Assembly: GCA_041694885.1 (NCBI GenBank)
Contig: JBGFRX010000026.1
Coordinates: 1 to 27,964 of the forward strand
DNA from: Candidatus Micrarchaeota archaeon
Lineage (GTDB): Archaea; Micrarchaeota; Micrarchaeia; Anstonellales; Bilamarchaeaceae
DNA: 27,964 nucleotides
Reading direction: 5' to 3'
Shown piece after piece: positions 16,676 to 25,388 of this stretch. The notes under the pieces are model-generated. The model was not told where the DNA came from, searched no databases, and saw nothing but the letters and a program-made list of their open reading frames with translations. The position numbers and the translations under genes were made by a program. Numbering within the stretch: position 1 is the first letter of the stretch; every line of letters begins with the position of its first letter.

Positions 16676-16722
16676 CTTTTCTTGTATTCATTTTATAATT
16701 CTTTTCCTGTCAAAACGGATTT

Positions 16723-17244
16723 ATGGACATTACCACAGCAATAGAATTGCTTGTTTTCATATTTCCTGCATACATAGCGAATGCTGTTCCTGTGCTGCTC
16801 GGCAGCGGGACGCCCATGGATTTCAGAGGGAATTTTTTTGACGGCAGAAGGGTATTCGGGGATGGAAAGACCATAAGAGGGTTTTTCGCAGGGGTTTTCG
16901 GAGGAATTGCTGCAGGCGGAGCGATTTCGTATTTCTACCTTTCTCCTTTTTTCCCTGACGCCAAAACCCAGTTTGTTGCGTTCGCGCTCATGGCGCTCGG
17001 TACGATAACAGGGGATGCATTGGGCAGTTTCCTGAAAAGGCGGCTGAACGTTTCTCCTGGAAAGCCGTTCATTATGGACCAGTTGATGTTCCTGGTGGTG
17101 GCGCTGCTTTTCGCGCAGCCCTTTTCCTCGCCTTTCGTATATGAGTGGGAGCAGCTCGCGTTCCTTTTCCTGGCTACGTATGTACTGCACGTGGGAAGCA
17201 ATTTCGCTGCGAATAAGTTTGGGTGGAAGAAGGTACCGTGGTGA
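16723..17244 (+). CDS. carS: CDP-archaeol synthase (UPF0290)
   Basis: PAYIANAVPV, DGRRVFGDGKTIRG, GDALGSFLKRRL, DQL, GWKKVPW. Confidence 0.95.
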   Translation: MDITTAIELLVFIFPAYIANAVPVLLGSGTPMDFRGNFFDGRRVFGDGKTIRGFFAGVFGGIAAGGAISYFYLSPFFPDAKTQFVAFALMALGTITGDALGSFLKRRLNVSPGKPFIMDQLMFLVVALLFAQPFSSPFVYEWEQLAFLFLATYVLHVGSNFAANKFGWKKVPW

Positions 17245-17248
17245 TCGA

Positions 17249-17620
17249 ATGGCTGAAAAGTTTGCTGGCAAGGAAAAAGAAAAGGATGACGTTCAGAAGG
17301 TGGCTGAAATAATAGGGAAAATGCTGAAAATCGGCAATATCGCCCTTGACATACCGAAAATTGGTTTGAGTGTCAAGGAAGAAAGATACAGGTTTGTGCA
17401 GGAGTTGCCTAAAAATTATGTTGAAATAAGAAAGAGCGAACCGAACCTCGGTAAGGAAGAAGCGCTCAGGAGAGCTATCACTGCAACGATTCAAAAGGGG
17501 GAATTTGTTCTCATAGATAATGTAAGCGTAAAATTGCTCGATATCAGTTACACCGACCCGTTCGGCGCAGTGACATTAAAGCGGCATACCCTCGCAGATT
17601 TTGTAAAACAGCTCCCTTAA
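17249..17620 (+). CDS. Hypothetical protein
   Basis: ATG at 17249 after GGTGA; 123-aa ORF with no motif recognised. Confidence 0.6.
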   Translation: MAEKFAGKEKEKDDVQKVAEIIGKMLKIGNIALDIPKIGLSVKEERYRFVQELPKNYVEIRKSEPNLGKEEALRRAITATIQKGEFVLIDNVSVKLLDISYTDPFGAVTLKRHTLADFVKQLP

Positions 17621-18360
17621 TCTACTTTTTTCTTCAACCACCAGAATTTTTTATCCAGCGCCTTTTCATCCGAATCGGTTTTCAGATATTTTTCATACTT
17701 TGGCTCATATTTTATAAGGGGATATACTTTCGTTTTGACCACCCCTGCCTGGATTTTTTTTAGATAATTGACTTTAAACCGGGTTTGGTTTCTCTCCACC
17801 TCACCGTAGGACGGATCCAGCATTAATTTCTCGTTTCCGGTTTTTGCCGCAACAAAATAATGCATAATGTAATCGCCCCCTTTCGTGACGCTCTCGATTA
17901 CGAATATCTGCGCATCAATTCCAAGCTGCCTCAGCACAGTGGCAAGAAATGCGGTCTTCTCAAGACAAACAAGGGAATCCATGCGAAGGAAATCTTCTGC
18001 AGTTGCGACGCTCCTTTGTTTTTCCTTCAACTCATTCACATATTTTCTTATAGTCGGACCAAGGGGGGTATTCCTTTGTGAATAGATCCGGTGGGTTACA
18101 TCCTCCGCTGTTTTCTCCTGAGCCACGGCATTTCCTTTTTCAAAGCCGTTTTTTTTCATCCACTCGAGAACTGCCGGTGTCGCCTCAAGAATCACTCTGT
18201 TCGGCTGCTTGTAGTTGTACGCAGGAATAAAAAGGATCTTTTCATTCTTCCCAAAGTATTTGTCCTCTATCAGGGGTCGGTTGCTCTTAACAGGAATCAG
18301 GGAAAGCACGGACAGCAGGGCAGCAGAGGTAACGACAACCGCTGTTTTCATTTTTGTCAT
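17617..18360 (-). CDS. Membrane-anchored/secreted transglutaminase-like (papain-fold) protein
   Basis: N-terminal hydrophobic helix; VCLEKTAFLATVLRQLGIDA...HYFV...LMLDPS Cys-His-Asp pattern; TTTTATAT ~25 nt upstream supports the ATG at 18360. Confidence 0.75.
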   Translation of the reverse strand: MTKMKTAVVVTSAALLSVLSLIPVKSNRPLIEDKYFGKNEKILFIPAYNYKQPNRVILEATPAVLEWMKKNGFEKGNAVAQEKTAEDVTHRIYSQRNTPLGPTIRKYVNELKEKQRSVATAEDFLRMDSLVCLEKTAFLATVLRQLGIDAQIFVIESVTKGGDYIMHYFVAAKTGNEKLMLDPSYGEVERNQTRFKVNYLKKIQAGVVKTKVYPLIKYEPKYEKYLKTDSDEKALDKKFWWLKKKVD

Positions 18361-18699
18361 AAACTGGTTTGATTCTTCCACATATAAAAAAATTTGCTTT
18401 TCCTGGAGTCATAAGTCTAGTCAGAACGCATCGCGGCAGGGACGGAATCGGCATTACTTTGTTGAATAATTTCTTTTAAGCATTTCCACAACGATACGTT
18501 CGAGCCTCGGCCCGCGGGGCTGCAACGCGCAGGAACAGCTTCGTCGTTCTCGTGTTTCGCGCGGTTTTCTTCGGCTACAGCGATTACCTCAGTATAGTTA
18601 TGCAACAGCGTAGATCGGCATAGTGCAGTATGCACGTTTTTAAAATTAACCCGCGAATTATGGGCAAAAGACGGAAAAAAATTCTGATGAGTTGATAGC

Positions 18700-19179
18700 A
18701 TGGGAGAAAAAATATTGAACGCAATAGTCGAAGGAGGGAAGGCGACTGCAGGCCCGCCTCTCGGGCCCGGGCTTGCGCCTCTCGGAGTGAACGTAGGCGC
18801 GGTGGTGGCGAAGATAAACGAGGACACCGGGGCATTCGCAGGCCTCAAGGTTCCTGTGAAAGTGATAGTGAATACTGCAAGCAAAAGCTTCCACGTGGAG
18901 GTGGGAGCGCCTGCAACGAGCGAAATGGTCAAGAAAGCAGCGGGGATAGAAAAGGGCGCGGGGAGTAAGGAAGCAAAGGCAGGGAACATAGCTTTTTCCG
19001 CACTCACTGAAGTCGCGAAAGGGCTCAGGGGGAAGAGCCAGGGCAGGGGGCTTAAGGAAATCGTGCGCGAAATTGCTGGGACATGCATGAGCATGGGCGT
19101 TACCATAGATGGAAAGGACGCGAAGTTAGTGGAGAAAGAAATAAAAGAGGGCAAGTACAATTCAATCCTTGCAGGATAG
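18700..19179 (+). CDS. rpl11: 50S ribosomal protein L11 (uL11)
   Basis: VEGGKATAGPPLGPGLAPLGVN, GLKVPVKV, GTCMSMGVTIDG. Confidence 0.98.
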   Translation: MGEKILNAIVEGGKATAGPPLGPGLAPLGVNVGAVVAKINEDTGAFAGLKVPVKVIVNTASKSFHVEVGAPATSEMVKKAAGIEKGAGSKEAKAGNIAFSALTEVAKGLRGKSQGRGLKEIVREIAGTCMSMGVTIDGKDAKLVEKEIKEGKYNSILAG

Positions 19180-19180
19180 C

Positions 19181-20788
19181 ATGTTGAAATACGCCCTGAT
19201 ATTTTCCCTGTTCGTTTTTCCTGTGCTGGCAGGCGTTGCATGGACATTGCCTACTTTTGGGCCTATAGAGGCAAAGCCGGTCTTCTTCGGGGACAAGATG
19301 GTTGTTGCTTCCTATGACGGCACGATTTATTACGTATACCTGCAGAGCGGGGCGATAGCGCAAAAAACCACGATAGGCGAAGCAGTGGACACGCTCAGGA
19401 TTGGTAATGGCAGAATAATTGCTGCATCGGGAAGCAAAATAATCATACTGGACAAGAGCGGCAACATAGTACGCACGTTGAACGAGAGTGTTATTTACGG
19501 GATCGAGACCGGCGAAGACATTTACGTTACTGGCGCAAGAGGGCTTGAGGCGCTGGATTACGAAGGAAAAATCATCTGGCTCATGCTACAGCAGGGCAAG
19601 ACGCTCACAGAGCCGCTCCTTCTCCAGGACAGGGTGATTTTTGGCGCAGGGGACGAAATAGTTGTTGCCGGCCTGAATGGAAACGAAATTAGCAGGGTGC
19701 GGGTGGCGCAGTTCTGGAAATCAAAGCCGGAGTTCCATGACGGAGTTGTTTACATCGGCTCAACTGATGGCAACATGTACGCAGTCGAACTCAGTATCGG
19801 AAAGATATTATGGGCATTTTCCACTGGCGGATGGATAATGTCCGATCCCATATATAATAGGGGCACCGTTTATTTTGGAAGCAATGATGGATATGTTTAT
19901 GCGCTGAATGCAAATACTGGCGCGTTGGTATGGAAAAAGAAGACAGGCGAAGCGGTGCAGGGAGAGATGGAAATAGCGCAATTAGGCGGTACGGAAGTGC
20001 TCATTGTCGGAAGCAATGACAACAGGGTTTATGCACTCGATGTGCGTACAGGAAATGTCACGCTTGCGTTTTCCGCAGGTGGATGGGTGCGCAATCCCAC
20101 GCTCTACTTGGACAAGCTATACTTCGGCTCGTACGACGGCTCATATTACGCCTACACGCTGAACAGAGCGTGCAGCATAGATTCACCGCTCAGTGGAGAA
20201 AGCGTGGGCTATCTTCCTTTTGATGTCAGCGGCAGGGTATTCTCCAGATATCCTGGAGCCAGGGTTTTCGTGCGTATTGACGATTCCATGAGGAACGGGA
20301 GCTGGGCTAAAGCAATTGTTTCAGGAAATGACTGGACTCATACTGTTGAGCCCACTGCCTACGAGCCGGGCCGGCTGCTTGTGGAGTGCAGAGTGGGCGA
20401 CAGTGCAGGGGAAGAGAGTGCGGCTTCGACTTATGTTGTGCTTTACAGGGATATAAATTTGGAAAAGGGAAAAATGAAAATAGAGGCGCCTGCTTCCGTG
20501 AACGCAGGGAAAGCGTTCGAAGTGAAGGCAACGGACGCAAACAGAAAGCCACTTGATGAATTCAGGATAATCGTTGGGGGAAAGACCTTTTCCGAAAAAA
20601 ACGGAACCGCGCTTGTGAATATAACCGAGCCAGGGAGACATTCTATGCTCGTAAGGAAAACCGGATACGAAGATGAGAAAATCGAGATTGATGTAAACTA
20701 CGATTTATCGGTGATTCTTTCTGCAGTTATTGCGGCAGTTGCAGTAATAGGAGTCGCATTCTACCTTTTCGTATATAAGAAGAAATAA
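19181..20788 (+). CDS. Surface PQQ-like (BamB-type) beta-propeller protein with Ig-like domains and C-terminal anchor
   Basis: Signal peptide; repeated VYxGSxDGxxYAL..TG...W blades; VRKTGY; C-terminal TM followed by KKK. Confidence 0.9.
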   Translation: MLKYALIFSLFVFPVLAGVAWTLPTFGPIEAKPVFFGDKMVVASYDGTIYYVYLQSGAIAQKTTIGEAVDTLRIGNGRIIAASGSKIIILDKSGNIVRTLNESVIYGIETGEDIYVTGARGLEALDYEGKIIWLMLQQGKTLTEPLLLQDRVIFGAGDEIVVAGLNGNEISRVRVAQFWKSKPEFHDGVVYIGSTDGNMYAVELSIGKILWAFSTGGWIMSDPIYNRGTVYFGSNDGYVYALNANTGALVWKKKTGEAVQGEMEIAQLGGTEVLIVGSNDNRVYALDVRTGNVTLAFSAGGWVRNPTLYLDKLYFGSYDGSYYAYTLNRACSIDSPLSGESVGYLPFDVSGRVFSRYPGARVFVRIDDSMRNGSWAKAIVSGNDWTHTVEPTAYEPGRLLVECRVGDSAGEESAASTYVVLYRDINLEKGKMKIEAPASVNAGKAFEVKATDANRKPLDEFRIIVGGKTFSEKNGTALVNITEPGRHSMLVRKTGYEDEKIEIDVNYDLSVILSAVIAAVAVIGVAFYLFVYKKK

Positions 20789-20796
20789 AACAAAAA

Positions 20797-21048
20797 CTAT
20801 AAGCGGCTGACTTCCTCCACCTGCGCCTGGCTCACGTTCGGAACCGCAGCGATCTTTTCCTCTATCTTGTCCACTCCGCCGCTGTCGCCCATCAGGAATA
20901 TTATTTTCAGGGCCTTTATTCCGAAACCGACATCTTCGGTTTTCGTGTTGGTTATCTTCACTATTTTTCCTATCTCCTTCAAGGTTTCCTCCATCCTGCT
21001 CTGGTCTTCCAAAAATATCTTCAACGAAACCGCGACTTCATTGGCCAT
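20797..21048 (-). CDS. ef1b: Translation elongation factor aEF-1beta
   Basis: EDVGFGIKALK, GGVDKIEEKI, VSQAQVEEVSRL. Confidence 0.93.
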   Translation of the reverse strand: MANEVAVSLKIFLEDQSRMEETLKEIGKIVKITNTKTEDVGFGIKALKIIFLMGDSGGVDKIEEKIAAVPNVSQAQVEEVSRL

Positions 21049-21081
21049 GTTTCTCACCATTCAAAAGTCCTGAACCGGTAA

Positions 21082-21228
21082 CTACGGACCGTGGAATCCG
21101 CACACGCATTTGTAGGGGTTCTTGACTTCCCTGCAGTGCCTGCACCGTGCGATTTTCTCTCCGCAGTCAGGGCATGGGAATCCGGCGAAATCCCTGGTCA
21201 TCTTTCCGCAGGTTATGCATCTTTTCAT
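21082..21228 (-). CDS. Small Zn-finger protein, DUF1610/HVO_2753 family, 48 aa (not in ORF track)
   Basis: MKRCITCGKMTRDFAGFPCPDCGEKIARCRHCREVKNPYKCVCGFHGP; GAGGTG RBS; conserved archaeal position upstream of EF-1beta. Confidence 0.93.
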   Translation of the reverse strand: MKRCITCGKMTRDFAGFPCPDCGEKIARCRHCREVKNPYKCVCGFHGP

Positions 21229-21341
21229 GTAAGCACCTCTGAATCAATATGATTGATACCGAATTAGCAACTACTTTATTAAGAATTAGGATTTAAAATA
21301 CCTTATTATCCGCACAGAAACAAAATTGAGAACGGATTTTT

Positions 21342-21415
21342 GCCCTTGTAGTTTAACCTGGACAGAATGTGGCCCTGCGGAGGCTATGATCCGAGTTCAA
21401 ATCTCGGCGAGGGCG
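21342..21415 (+). tRNA. tRNA-Arg(GCG), intronless, CCA not encoded
   Basis: Acceptor GCCCTTG/CGAGGGC; anticodon stem TGGCC/GGCTA with loop CTGCGGA; T arm CCGAG-TTCAAAT-CTCGG. Confidence 0.95.
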
Positions 21416-21469
21416 GAATATTCCGGATATAGGGAAAGAATTTGAACGAGTTTACGACAAGATGATATA

Positions 21470-21478
21470 TTTTAAAAG
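21470..21478 (+). promoter_or_regulatory. Putative TATA box for the ATPase operon
   Basis: TTTTAAAAG about 80 nt upstream of the ATG at 21557. Confidence 0.4.
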
Positions 21479-21556
21479 CGAAACGACGATTGAAGGTGCG
21501 ATGGCTTTGAACGACCCCGACTAAAGTCCGTTTGGACGACGAAGCAAGGTGTAAAC

Positions 21557-22372
21557 ATGGCGATGAATCAGTCCACTATATTTGCCTATGGAGCAGCAGG
21601 GCTTGCGTTTTTGGGCGCGATAGGCGCATTCACTACTGGAGGGAACATATATGGCCTCGCAGCAGGCGCAGCTGCAGGGCTTGGCGCGGTCCTTGCAATA
21701 CTCTTTTACAAATACGGGTATATATTCGTGCCGCTTATAACCCAGCAGACGCGGACAGTTGTGCTGACTGATACCGGATACGAGATTCCGCCCGGGCAGG
21801 ATGTGGTGGTGAAGAAGGGCGCAAGCGGGCTCTATTTCGCTTCGATGTTTTTGGGAATAAGGATTTACGAGAGTGCTGCTGAAAAGTCGCTGGAGCAGAA
21901 TCTCGCGTACAACGAATATTTTGAGCGCGCGATTTCAAATCTCAAATTCGTCACGAAAATTTCATACCTTCTATATGTGGAGGATGTTACGGAGAAAAGG
22001 AAGATAATCGAGACAAGGAAGGCGGAGGCGCAGCTCCGGCTCGCGAGGGAAAAGGACAAGCCCGAGCCTGATGTGCTCAAAATGGACCGCTACGAAAGGG
22101 AGGTCTCGAAATGGGAAGGGGAGCTGAACAAGCTCATAAAGGGCATAAAGCCCATGGGCGCGCTTGCGTACGCGATGACCACCTCTACCGGAATAACGAA
22201 GGAAGCGGCGATCGCTGCTGTGAGGAATCAGGCGAACGAATTGAAGGCAGTGCTAACCAACGCGCTCAACGTGGAGATAGAGACCCTGACGGCTGACGAG
22301 ATGCTCAAGACATTCGAATGGGAAAAGATGATACCGTCTGCTGCGCAGGAGCTCGAGGATGCAGTGGTTTAG
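21557..22372 (+). CDS. Two-TM membrane protein with a cytoplasmic domain resembling the VirB4/TraE N-terminal region
   Basis: Two Gly/Ala-rich N-terminal TMs; FERAISNLKF..I, central coiled coil, C-terminal ELKAVL...LNVEIETLTADEML pattern. Confidence 0.6.
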   Translation: MAMNQSTIFAYGAAGLAFLGAIGAFTTGGNIYGLAAGAAAGLGAVLAILFYKYGYIFVPLITQQTRTVVLTDTGYEIPPGQDVVVKKGASGLYFASMFLGIRIYESAAEKSLEQNLAYNEYFERAISNLKFVTKISYLLYVEDVTEKRKIIETRKAEAQLRLAREKDKPEPDVLKMDRYEREVSKWEGELNKLIKGIKPMGALAYAMTTSTGITKEAAIAAVRNQANELKAVLTNALNVEIETLTADEMLKTFEWEKMIPSAAQELEDAVV

Positions 22373-22389
22373 CGGATTGATGGGGAAGA

Positions 22390-23976
22390 GTGATTGATTT
22401 GGGCAGGTGCTATATTTCCAAGGTCTCGAACTACGAAATTTCCAGAAGGAACATACTCGTACATCCTCCAGAGCCGCCGATCGGGATGCTGTTCGGGGAC
22501 CCTGGGGACAGCGTGTACATAGGCAGGACCAAGGTGTTCCACGTGCCGTTCTACTGGTCGTACAGGAACGTCACGAACCCACATATAGCAGCAGTGGGCA
22601 TAACCGGAAGCGGAAAATCGTATTTCATAAAGACGTTTTTGATGCGCGCGAGCTTCGTGTGGAATTCTAACGCGCTCATAATCGACTGGGCAGGCGAATA
22701 CAGGGAATGGGTGAAGCAGACCGGGGGGAAGGTGGTCTCGCTCGGAAAGGGCTCCTACCTCAACCTTCTCGATTTGGGCGGCATGAAGCCCTATGACAGG
22801 ATAAAGCAGATTATGAGGACGCTCGAACTGCTTACTGATGTGGGACAATACCCTGAACAGAGGCGGCTCACTGAAATGGCGCTCGAGAAGGCGTACACGA
22901 AGGCAAAGTTCAGGATGGACGCTACTGAGCAGAGGGACGAAATAGGGAAGCGCCTGAGCGCGCCCACGCTAAAAGACGTTGTGAAGATATTGGAGGAGCA
23001 AAGCAAGCTCGGGACTTATGAATTCCCCGCTGAGCTCGAGAACGCGATTTACCGCCTCAAGCAGTTCATAAAGCCAGGAGAGGATTTCTTCGCGCAGCAG
23101 AGCACCATAAGTCTGGACGACATAACGAGCAGCGGGCTCGTGGATCTGGATCTTTCAGGACTTCCCGACGAGACGTTCAGGGCATTGGGTGCGCTTTCCG
23201 TGCTCCAGTTCATAAAGGAGAAGATGCGCGCGAGCGGCTGGGCCAAGGAGAAGGGAATACGTCTTTTCATCGTCCTTGACGAAGCATGGAAAATCGCGAA
23301 GGAGGAGAGCAGCGACGCGGTGATGATAGTCCGGGAGGGTAGGAAGTACAACTTCGGGCTCATAGTCGCGAGCCAGAACCCCACGGACATAAGCGAGGCG
23401 ATATTCTCCAACGTCGGTACCACATTCATTTTAAAGGTAAAGTTCGAGAAGTTCCTGGACTATCTGCAGGGAACGCTGAATTTCAGCAACTTCATGCGCG
23501 GCGAAATCTCGAAATTCGGGGTTGGGGAAGCGGCTGTAAACATGGCGTTCCACACAGCTGCGCAGTTCCCGAGCACGTTCGTGCTGGATAAGATAGAGGG
23601 CGAGGAGCCAATAAGGGAACTTTTCCTTGATTTGGAAAAAGCGCTCAGCAATGAGCAAAAGAGGGATGTGAACATGCCTAAGAGTATTTCGTTCCCCAAG
23701 GACGACTTGAGGAAGAAGCTCAGAGAATACGGACTTGGGGAGGAGCGCGTCGAAGAGTTATCGAAACTTTTCGACAAGAAAAACAGGCATTTGGATGTGG
23801 TGTCGTTCGTGATATTACTCGAACGGTTCGGGATAGCGAGGAACAACATCGCGACCTTCCTCAAGGACATAAATATAGACGACAGCACTGTCATAAACAT
23901 ATTCACAAAGGCGGACTACAGGAAGGAGGACCTGGGGAGCAGGGACGTAACGCAGGTGATATTGGAAGAGGACTGA
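22390..23976 (+). CDS. VirB4/HerA-like (FtsK-HerA superfamily) ATPase
   Basis: NPHIAAVGITGSGKS (Walker A), IIDWAGEY, LNLLD, PTLKD, FIVLDEAW (Walker B), REGRKYN, ASQNPTD. Confidence 0.92.
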   Translation: MIDLGRCYISKVSNYEISRRNILVHPPEPPIGMLFGDPGDSVYIGRTKVFHVPFYWSYRNVTNPHIAAVGITGSGKSYFIKTFLMRASFVWNSNALIIDWAGEYREWVKQTGGKVVSLGKGSYLNLLDLGGMKPYDRIKQIMRTLELLTDVGQYPEQRRLTEMALEKAYTKAKFRMDATEQRDEIGKRLSAPTLKDVVKILEEQSKLGTYEFPAELENAIYRLKQFIKPGEDFFAQQSTISLDDITSSGLVDLDLSGLPDETFRALGALSVLQFIKEKMRASGWAKEKGIRLFIVLDEAWKIAKEESSDAVMIVREGRKYNFGLIVASQNPTDISEAIFSNVGTTFILKVKFEKFLDYLQGTLNFSNFMRGEISKFGVGEAAVNMAFHTAAQFPSTFVLDKIEGEEPIRELFLDLEKALSNEQKRDVNMPKSISFPKDDLRKKLREYGLGEERVEELSKLFDKKNRHLDVVSFVILLERFGIARNNIATFLKDINIDDSTVINIFTKADYRKEDLGSRDVTQVILEED

Positions 23977-24037
23977 ATATGGAGGCGGAGAAGCGAGGAG
24001 TGAAAAAAGAGTGAAAAAAAATTGAAGAGGGGGTAAG

Positions 24038-24544
24038 ATGGCCAAGGTGTGCATAATCTGCGAGAAGGAACCAATGGGGAAGGCGTACCAGGTGCGCGAC
24101 GACGCGATAATAAAGGCAATAAGGGCTGTGAAACAGCGTTTTGGCATAGCGAAGAACAACGAATTGTGCGTCGATGAGGGTTGTTTCCAGACGTACCTGG
24201 AAAAAAGGAAAAAATTCGAGCGTAATTTCGTGTTCTACGTTGCAGTAGGCGTGATAATCTTCGTGCTCATAAACGGGCTCCAGCTCCTGTACGGGAAATT
24301 CAGCATTGTTACTTTTCTTGCGTCGGTGCTCCTCGCAGTGGTTGTTGCAGCGCTCGCCGTGCTCAATTATGCAACGCCTCCAATAGAGGACAGAGGAACT
24401 ATGCAGGCGCCTGCTGCGCACCTGAAGGAGGAAAAGGAACACGCTAAGCACATGCATTCCAAAGAAGCTGAATTGGCGAGCAGAAGGGCGAAAGGCGCGG
24501 CTAAAAACACGAAGGAAAAAATCAGGGATGCGGGAAGGAAATAG
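24038..24544 (+). CDS. Membrane protein with N-terminal Zn-binding motif and two TMs
   Basis: CIIC...CVDEGC; two hydrophobic helices; basic tail. Confidence 0.8.
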   Translation: MAKVCIICEKEPMGKAYQVRDDAIIKAIRAVKQRFGIAKNNELCVDEGCFQTYLEKRKKFERNFVFYVAVGVIIFVLINGLQLLYGKFSIVTFLASVLLAVVVAALAVLNYATPPIEDRGTMQAPAAHLKEEKEHAKHMHSKEAELASRRAKGAAKNTKEKIRDAGRK

Positions 24545-24613
24545 TACGATATCAAGGCAGTGGCAGAAGGATGATGGAGCATATGTAATGGAGATACGCG
24601 AAATGGAAGATGA

Positions 24614-25360
24614 GTGGCTGGGATTATGGTTGATATGCAGAAAAAAACCCTCGAGGCGCCGCGCGTGGACGGCTTCAAGGTGTTTGCAAGGATGAAAGGC
24701 ACGCTCAGGGATGTGGATGCAAAGCTGCGAACCGTCTCGTTCATGGAAGTGGTGGCTGAGCGTGACTGCGTGAGCGCCGCATATGTGGAGAGCAGGGATA
24801 TAGAGAAGAATCCGTACACCTTTACGCTGTTCAAATTCAGGAGCGACTCCATTGAAGTGCTTTACACTATACCTCCTGGAGCAGCACCAAAGAAAAGGAA
24901 GCTGGATATGGTGCGATATTTCTTAAACGTGCTTACTGCGCTCGGTTCCACCTACTCCGTGGAAAATTCCATGGTTTACCAGCTGCTCGACGCGGCGCTC
25001 AGGGAAATAAACGACTTCGTCTCCCTTGACTACAACAAACTCTATGCGAGCTGCGATGCGATGAAGAAGGACTATGAGGACATGCTGCGCCGCCTCAAGC
25101 GCACCCAGACCGAACTGGATGCGCTCAAGAGGCAGAACTACGAGCTGAAGATGAAGAACGATGAATTGGCGGTGCGGTTGAACAAATTGGAGGCGATGAG
25201 CGACGACACTCTTAAGGAAAAGCTGGAGGAATGGCTCGCTGAGCACAACGGCGAAATAAACGTCACCGAATTCTCCAGGATGTACCGCGTACCTGAAGCA
25301 AGGGCTGAGGAAATGTTAGACGCGCTCGTGCGCGACGGCTACGTGCAGCCGGCGCGGTGA
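24614..25360 (+). CDS. Coiled-coil protein with C-terminal winged helix
   Basis: Heptad-rich segment DYEDMLRRLKRTQTELDALKRQNYELK; HNGEINVTEFSRMYRVPEARAEEMLDALVRDGYV. Confidence 0.8.
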   Translation: MAGIMVDMQKKTLEAPRVDGFKVFARMKGTLRDVDAKLRTVSFMEVVAERDCVSAAYVESRDIEKNPYTFTLFKFRSDSIEVLYTIPPGAAPKKRKLDMVRYFLNVLTALGSTYSVENSMVYQLLDAALREINDFVSLDYNKLYASCDAMKKDYEDMLRRLKRTQTELDALKRQNYELKMKNDELAVRLNKLEAMSDDTLKEKLEEWLAEHNGEINVTEFSRMYRVPEARAEEMLDALVRDGYVQPAR

Positions 25361-25388
25361 ATTGCCGGAAAACCAAGTGGGGAAGTGC

